Made by a program: the position numbers and the translations under genes. 52,147 nt of DNA from an uncultured archaeon (lineage in GTDB: Archaea > Asgardarchaeota > Heimdallarchaeia > Heimdallarchaeales > Heimdallarchaeaceae), in assembly GCA_964549075.1 (NCBI GenBank), contig CAZJUB010000013.1:1-52147 (forward strand), given 5' to 3'. The notes beneath the pieces were generated by a model. It did not search any database and had not been told where the DNA came from. It was given only the letters and a program-made list of their open reading frames with translations. Positions 48,444-52,147 of this stretch are shown piece by piece; position 1 is the first letter of the stretch, and every line of letters starts with the position of its first letter.

Positions 48444-49433
48444 TTAGAAATTGTAAGTAGAAGCGAGATCCATATATTTCTTTGATAGATTAATTATGTC
48501 TTTTTTCTTCTGATCGTTTTGTTCTTGGAGAGATTGGGAAAAATAGACTTTTGCTCGAACATAAGCTCTATAAGATTTATAGAAGTTTATAATAACTGAA
48601 TTTGGTTTTAATTGTTCATCAGTTTGTTCGAGATATGTTGTTAGAAAAAGATCAGATTTTTGTTTCATATTCTGAAAATCTAAATCCATAGCGAGGAAAG
48701 AAACCTCTTCAAGAATATCTTGGACTCTCAACATCTTATTGAACTCTATACAATCAAAGATAATAATTTCATCGTTTGATTCGAAGATATTGTTTAGGAT
48801 TAAATCCCCATGGCCATCAACTATTTTCTTTCTCTCTCCTCTCCCTTCAAAATATTCTTTACTAATCTGTAAAAAATTAAAAACTCTTTTCTCTAAATTT
48901 TCATTGTATGGAAATTCAGGATAATTAAGAGTTGTTCGGAAATTTTCATCCCATTTCTCAAAGATATTTTCATAAATAGAAAAGTCTGGAATGAGTATAT
49001 TTTTCTGATGAAATTCAAATATTATTTGAGCTAGTTTTATAAGCAATTCTTCTGAAATATTTTCTCCTTTGTTTACTTTATTTTGTAACAAATCTCTTTG
49101 TTTTAATTGCTTCATTTTTACCAAATACTCCAAAACATCTCCTTTGCCTGATATCTTGAAATCTGAAGTAAGAGGAACAACATCAAGATAAATCGTTGGC
49201 GCTAACCGTCTATTTAAGACTAATTCATTTTCACAAGCAATTTTTCTCATTTCTAACGTAGAGAAATCTAAAATATCACCAAATTTAATCTCTTTCTTCA
49301 TTTTATATGCAAATGGACCGGATAGAAAAACACAACTTAGATTAGTCTCAATAACCTGAATTTCAGAATTTGCTTCATGACTATAGGTTGAAGGATTAGT
49401 TAGTAACTTAATTTTTTCTTTCTGTGACAGCAT
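48444..49433 (-). CDS. Aminoglycoside-phosphotransferase-like kinase (N-terminal half of Rv2004c-type bifunctional proteins)
   Basis: IETNLSCVFL..FAYKMKK, LDFSTLE.RK..CENELVLNRRLAP, DGHGDL..NN, FDCIEFN, FYKSYRAYVRAKV. Confidence 0.85.
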   Translation of the reverse strand: MLSQKEKIKLLTNPSTYSHEANSEIQVIETNLSCVFLSGPFAYKMKKEIKFGDILDFSTLEMRKIACENELVLNRRLAPTIYLDVVPLTSDFKISGKGDVLEYLVKMKQLKQRDLLQNKVNKGENISEELLIKLAQIIFEFHQKNILIPDFSIYENIFEKWDENFRTTLNYPEFPYNENLEKRVFNFLQISKEYFEGRGERKKIVDGHGDLILNNIFESNDEIIIFDCIEFNKMLRVQDILEEVSFLAMDLDFQNMKQKSDLFLTTYLEQTDEQLKPNSVIINFYKSYRAYVRAKVYFSQSLQEQNDQKKKDIINLSKKYMDLASTYNF

Positions 49434-49983
49434 GATGAATCATTTCTAGTATTTTATCGTGGTCTGTACCCATATCTACATCTATATGATGAAGTTTAGT
49501 TGGTTCAAACAGCTGTTTATATCTGTTATAAATCTTAGAATCAGCATCACTTAGAGTACGTCTCTCTCTTTTCTCTCTCTCCTCAAATCTCTTCTCAATT
49601 ACTTCTTCAGAGCAGGTTACTAGGACTAGTAGAAATTTTGCATCAAATCTCGCACAGATTCTACTCACTTTTGCTCTCATTCTATCTTGATAAAAGGTAC
49701 CATCTAAAACACAGCCTACGCCATGTTTAAGGAGTGTATAAAGAACATAGTAAATGGTATCATATACAACTTGTCTCTGCCGGTTAGAATAAGAACCTCT
49801 ACCGAAATGATCTCTTCGTACATCTCGAAAAATCCTTTTTCTAACTGAATCAGTACTAATGTGTTCTAATTTATATCTTCGAGCTAATCGTCTAGCCAAT
49901 GTTGATTTTCCGGTACCGGGTAAACCTGCTAGTAAAATTACTAACGGAGGTCTTGTTCGATTTCTCTGAGAAATAATTGTCAC
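49408..49983 (-). CDS. AAA_33-type P-loop kinase (C-terminal half of Rv2004c-type proteins)
   Basis: LAGLPGTGKSTLA, STDSVRK, VLDGTF, SDAD; the GTG start overlaps the upstream TGA. Confidence 0.88.
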   Translation of the reverse strand: MTIISQRNRTRPPLVILLAGLPGTGKSTLARRLARRYKLEHISTDSVRKRIFRDVRRDHFGRGSYSNRQRQVVYDTIYYVLYTLLKHGVGCVLDGTFYQDRMRAKVSRICARFDAKFLLVLVTCSEEVIEKRFEEREKRERRTLSDADSKIYNRYKQLFEPTKLHHIDVDMGTDHDKILEMIHHAVTERKN

Positions 49984-52147
49984 TTCCTCTTGTAATGATC
50001 AGGGCATTTGTAAAATTTCTCTTCTTTAAACATCCCTTTCTTTACAATCTCTTTTGAATGTTTCTTACAGAGAACCTTATTACAACTTGAACACCTAATT
50101 ATATGATTATCACAAACATACTCATCACAAAAATCACATTTTAAAGCATTGACTGAAGAAATGACATTTTTACAGAACGAACAAACAACTGCATGTTCTG
50201 GGCATAAAATAGTTTTTGAGGAAGATTCAATAATTGAATGGTCATTACAGAGTACTCTCCCACAAACAGAACATACATCTGGTGTCGAAACAAATAGCAT
50301 TTTTGCTGAATGCTTACTCAGACAAACATCACATAGTAAGTGAACTTCTGTACCAAGTACTGATTCCGCTATACCATTTACTCGTATCTTATTCCCTTGT
50401 GAATCTACAATAGAGATTTCAGCTAATGATACAGGAATGTAGACAAGTGCAGCATAAATGTCCTTAATTTCGGAAGTTTGTGGTGTGATGAAATCTTTTC
50501 TTTTTAAGATGTTTTTGCTTTCCTCAAGCATTTTCACTTTAGGTGAGGATTTAATCATACTATCAATTTCTTTTATTCTTGCCACACCATCTTCAATTTC
50601 CTTAACAAAATTTTTAACAACCTCAGGACCGAATTTGATGGTCTCAATAGCTTTATTATAGTTACCTACTTCGCTGGTGCTTTTGTACTTGAACTTATCT
50701 TCCATAAGTGGTTTTAAAGATATATAGATTGCTTTAGCTTCTTCTATTTTGCTTTTAAATTGCTTAACTCTTTTCCTTTTATCATCAATTATAGACCAAA
50801 TTTGTTCCCGCTCTTTTTCAAGTTCTTCTATCCATGCTTTTATCTCAACATCGTGTTTATCTTCAATTTTGTATAAACCTTCAGTTATTGCTTTGTTCCA
50901 TGCTTCTAAATAGAATGTTTGATCAATAAGAAGAACATCGTGAAATGATTCCAGTATATTCTCTGGTTTCCTTTGAATATTAAGCTGTTTTATATTTGAA
51001 GATGAAGGAGCAAATAAACTACCAAGATTTCTCATGGGGAGAACAGAAATTAATTCTTCAAAGACATCTTCAGGTTGTATAGGGATGCTTGTTTCTTCCC
51101 AGATTTTTTCCTCATCCTTAAACTCAATTCTATCAACCAAAGGAAATATTCGTTTTATTGGTAATTCCAATGAAATATCTTCCAATCTATCTGCATTTGC
51201 ATATTTTACTTTAAGACGTCTTTTTGCTTGGATATGAAAATCAACATAAAGAAAAGGAACATACGCTAATTCAAGATTTTCTGTACCCAGATATTTGATT
51301 TTCTCCCCTCCAAAAAATTTCTGTAGCAGTTCTTTAAAATCTACAGCTTCATACTTGAGGTATTGCTCTCCCATCGATTTTACAATATGACTTAAATCTA
51401 TAGATTCAATAACATCTGGTTTTGTATCAGGTTGTTCAACAATTGTCTCTTCAATAATTTCTTGTTCTTCTGAAGGTTTGATTTCTTCATCTATTTTTGC
51501 TGGTTCTATATCTATTTGTTTATCTAAAAGACTAGGTGTTTTGGTCAATTTTCTGATATTAGAAAGCTCTTTTTCTAAATCTTCCAAATCTAGACCTTTC
51601 TCTAAATCATCAAAATCAACTGAATCAATATCATGATCGTAGTCTCCTATTTGCTTGCACAAAGTAGAAGGGGGGAGTTCATACATCCGTGCAACATCTT
51701 CGTCTGATAAGGTTTTATGAATTGTGTATAATCGTCTAGTAAGTATATGAATAGGAGCTTTAAACACATCAGGAGAGAGAACATAAAATTCTCCACTTCT
51801 AAATTTCGGCAATTGATCTATGATAAATCTTGCTTCAGGATGAGACTGGAGCATATTATCCACTATTCTTAAATCTTGAGGGGTAACGAATCTGCCAAAT
51901 AAGAAAGTACTGACTTGCCCAAAAGCTTTATAGTCTACATCACTAATATTTTGAGTTGCAACAAGCATTGAAAGACCAAATTTCCTACCTTGTTTAAATA
52001 GCAGCTGTAACCATTGTTTGGTTGGTGGATTTTTTGGATGAGGCGGGATTAATTGAGGAGGTCCAGCTAATTCATCAATATAGAAAATCAACTGTGGTTC
52101 AGTGGAGGGATTCGAACGAATATAGGTATAAAGACTTTGAGCTAAAG
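49980..52147 (-). CDS. HerA/VirB4-like (DUF87/DUF853) ATPase with coiled coil and C-terminal Cys/His zinc-finger array; 5'-truncated by window
   Basis: Frame stays open beyond the track start (..LAQSLYTYIRSNPSTEPQLIFYIDE). Walker B FYIDE, NPPTK..LFKQGRKFG, ATQNISDVDYK; tail of CxxC..CxxH repeats. Confidence 0.82.
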   Translation of the reverse strand, partial: LAQSLYTYIRSNPSTEPQLIFYIDELAGPPQLIPPHPKNPPTKQWLQLLFKQGRKFGLSMLVATQNISDVDYKAFGQVSTFLFGRFVTPQDLRIVDNMLQSHPEARFIIDQLPKFRSGEFYVLSPDVFKAPIHILTRRLYTIHKTLSDEDVARMYELPPSTLCKQIGDYDHDIDSVDFDDLEKGLDLEDLEKELSNIRKLTKTPSLLDKQIDIEPAKIDEEIKPSEEQEIIEETIVEQPDTKPDVIESIDLSHIVKSMGEQYLKYEAVDFKELLQKFFGGEKIKYLGTENLELAYVPFLYVDFHIQAKRRLKVKYANADRLEDISLELPIKRIFPLVDRIEFKDEEKIWEETSIPIQPEDVFEELISVLPMRNLGSLFAPSSSNIKQLNIQRKPENILESFHDVLLIDQTFYLEAWNKAITEGLYKIEDKHDVEIKAWIEELEKEREQIWSIIDDKRKRVKQFKSKIEEAKAIYISLKPLMEDKFKYKSTSEVGNYNKAIETIKFGPEVVKNFVKEIEDGVARIKEIDSMIKSSPKVKMLEESKNILKRKDFITPQTSEIKDIYAALVYIPVSLAEISIVDSQGNKIRVNGIAESVLGTEVHLLCDVCLSKHSAKMLFVSTPDVCSVCGRVLCNDHSIIESSSKTILCPEHAVVCSFCKNVISSVNALKCDFCDEYVCDNHIIRCSSCNKVLCKKHSKEIVKKGMFKEEKFYKCPDHYKRK

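Noticed and set aside
52094-52117. tRNA T-loop-like GTTCGAATCCCTCC on the minus strand
   Set aside because: No complementary 5' T-stem strand or cloverleaf, and it lies in the open frame of the HerA-like gene (IRSNPST).

Overview
AT-rich archaeal chromosomal segment, most consistent with an Asgard archaeon (Heimdallarchaeia-like). Evidence: archaeal-type ProRS, GGTGA/GAGGT ribosome-binding sites, TATA boxes, oligo-pyrimidine terminators, a class III (pilin/archaellin) signal-peptide protein, and several eukaryote-signature-type genes (Rab-like GTPase, Arf-like GTPase fused to a longin-like domain, membrane-anchored RING protein). About 45 CDS; no rRNA, tRNA, CRISPR or transposase recognised. 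Best candidates for undescribed biology: (1) three unannotated microproteins, each with its own RBS (two are paralogous zipper+basic peptides), upstream of an MFS exporter and sharing a repeated palindromic operator with a divergent wHTH regulator (5567-6864); (2) a translationally coupled pair of a TM-hairpin/amphipathic-helix repeat protein and a multi-TM zinc-ribbon+RING protein (30990-34849); (3) a catalytically eroded nucleotidyltransferase-like protein paired with a P-loop ATPase (36028-38302); (4) a HerA-like ATPase with a B-box-like tail heading a kinase/kinase/nfo operon. Also found: a collapsed Fpg/Nei pseudogene and a strand error in the supplied track (38408..40228 is on the minus strand). 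All family calls come from motif recognition by eye, not database searches.
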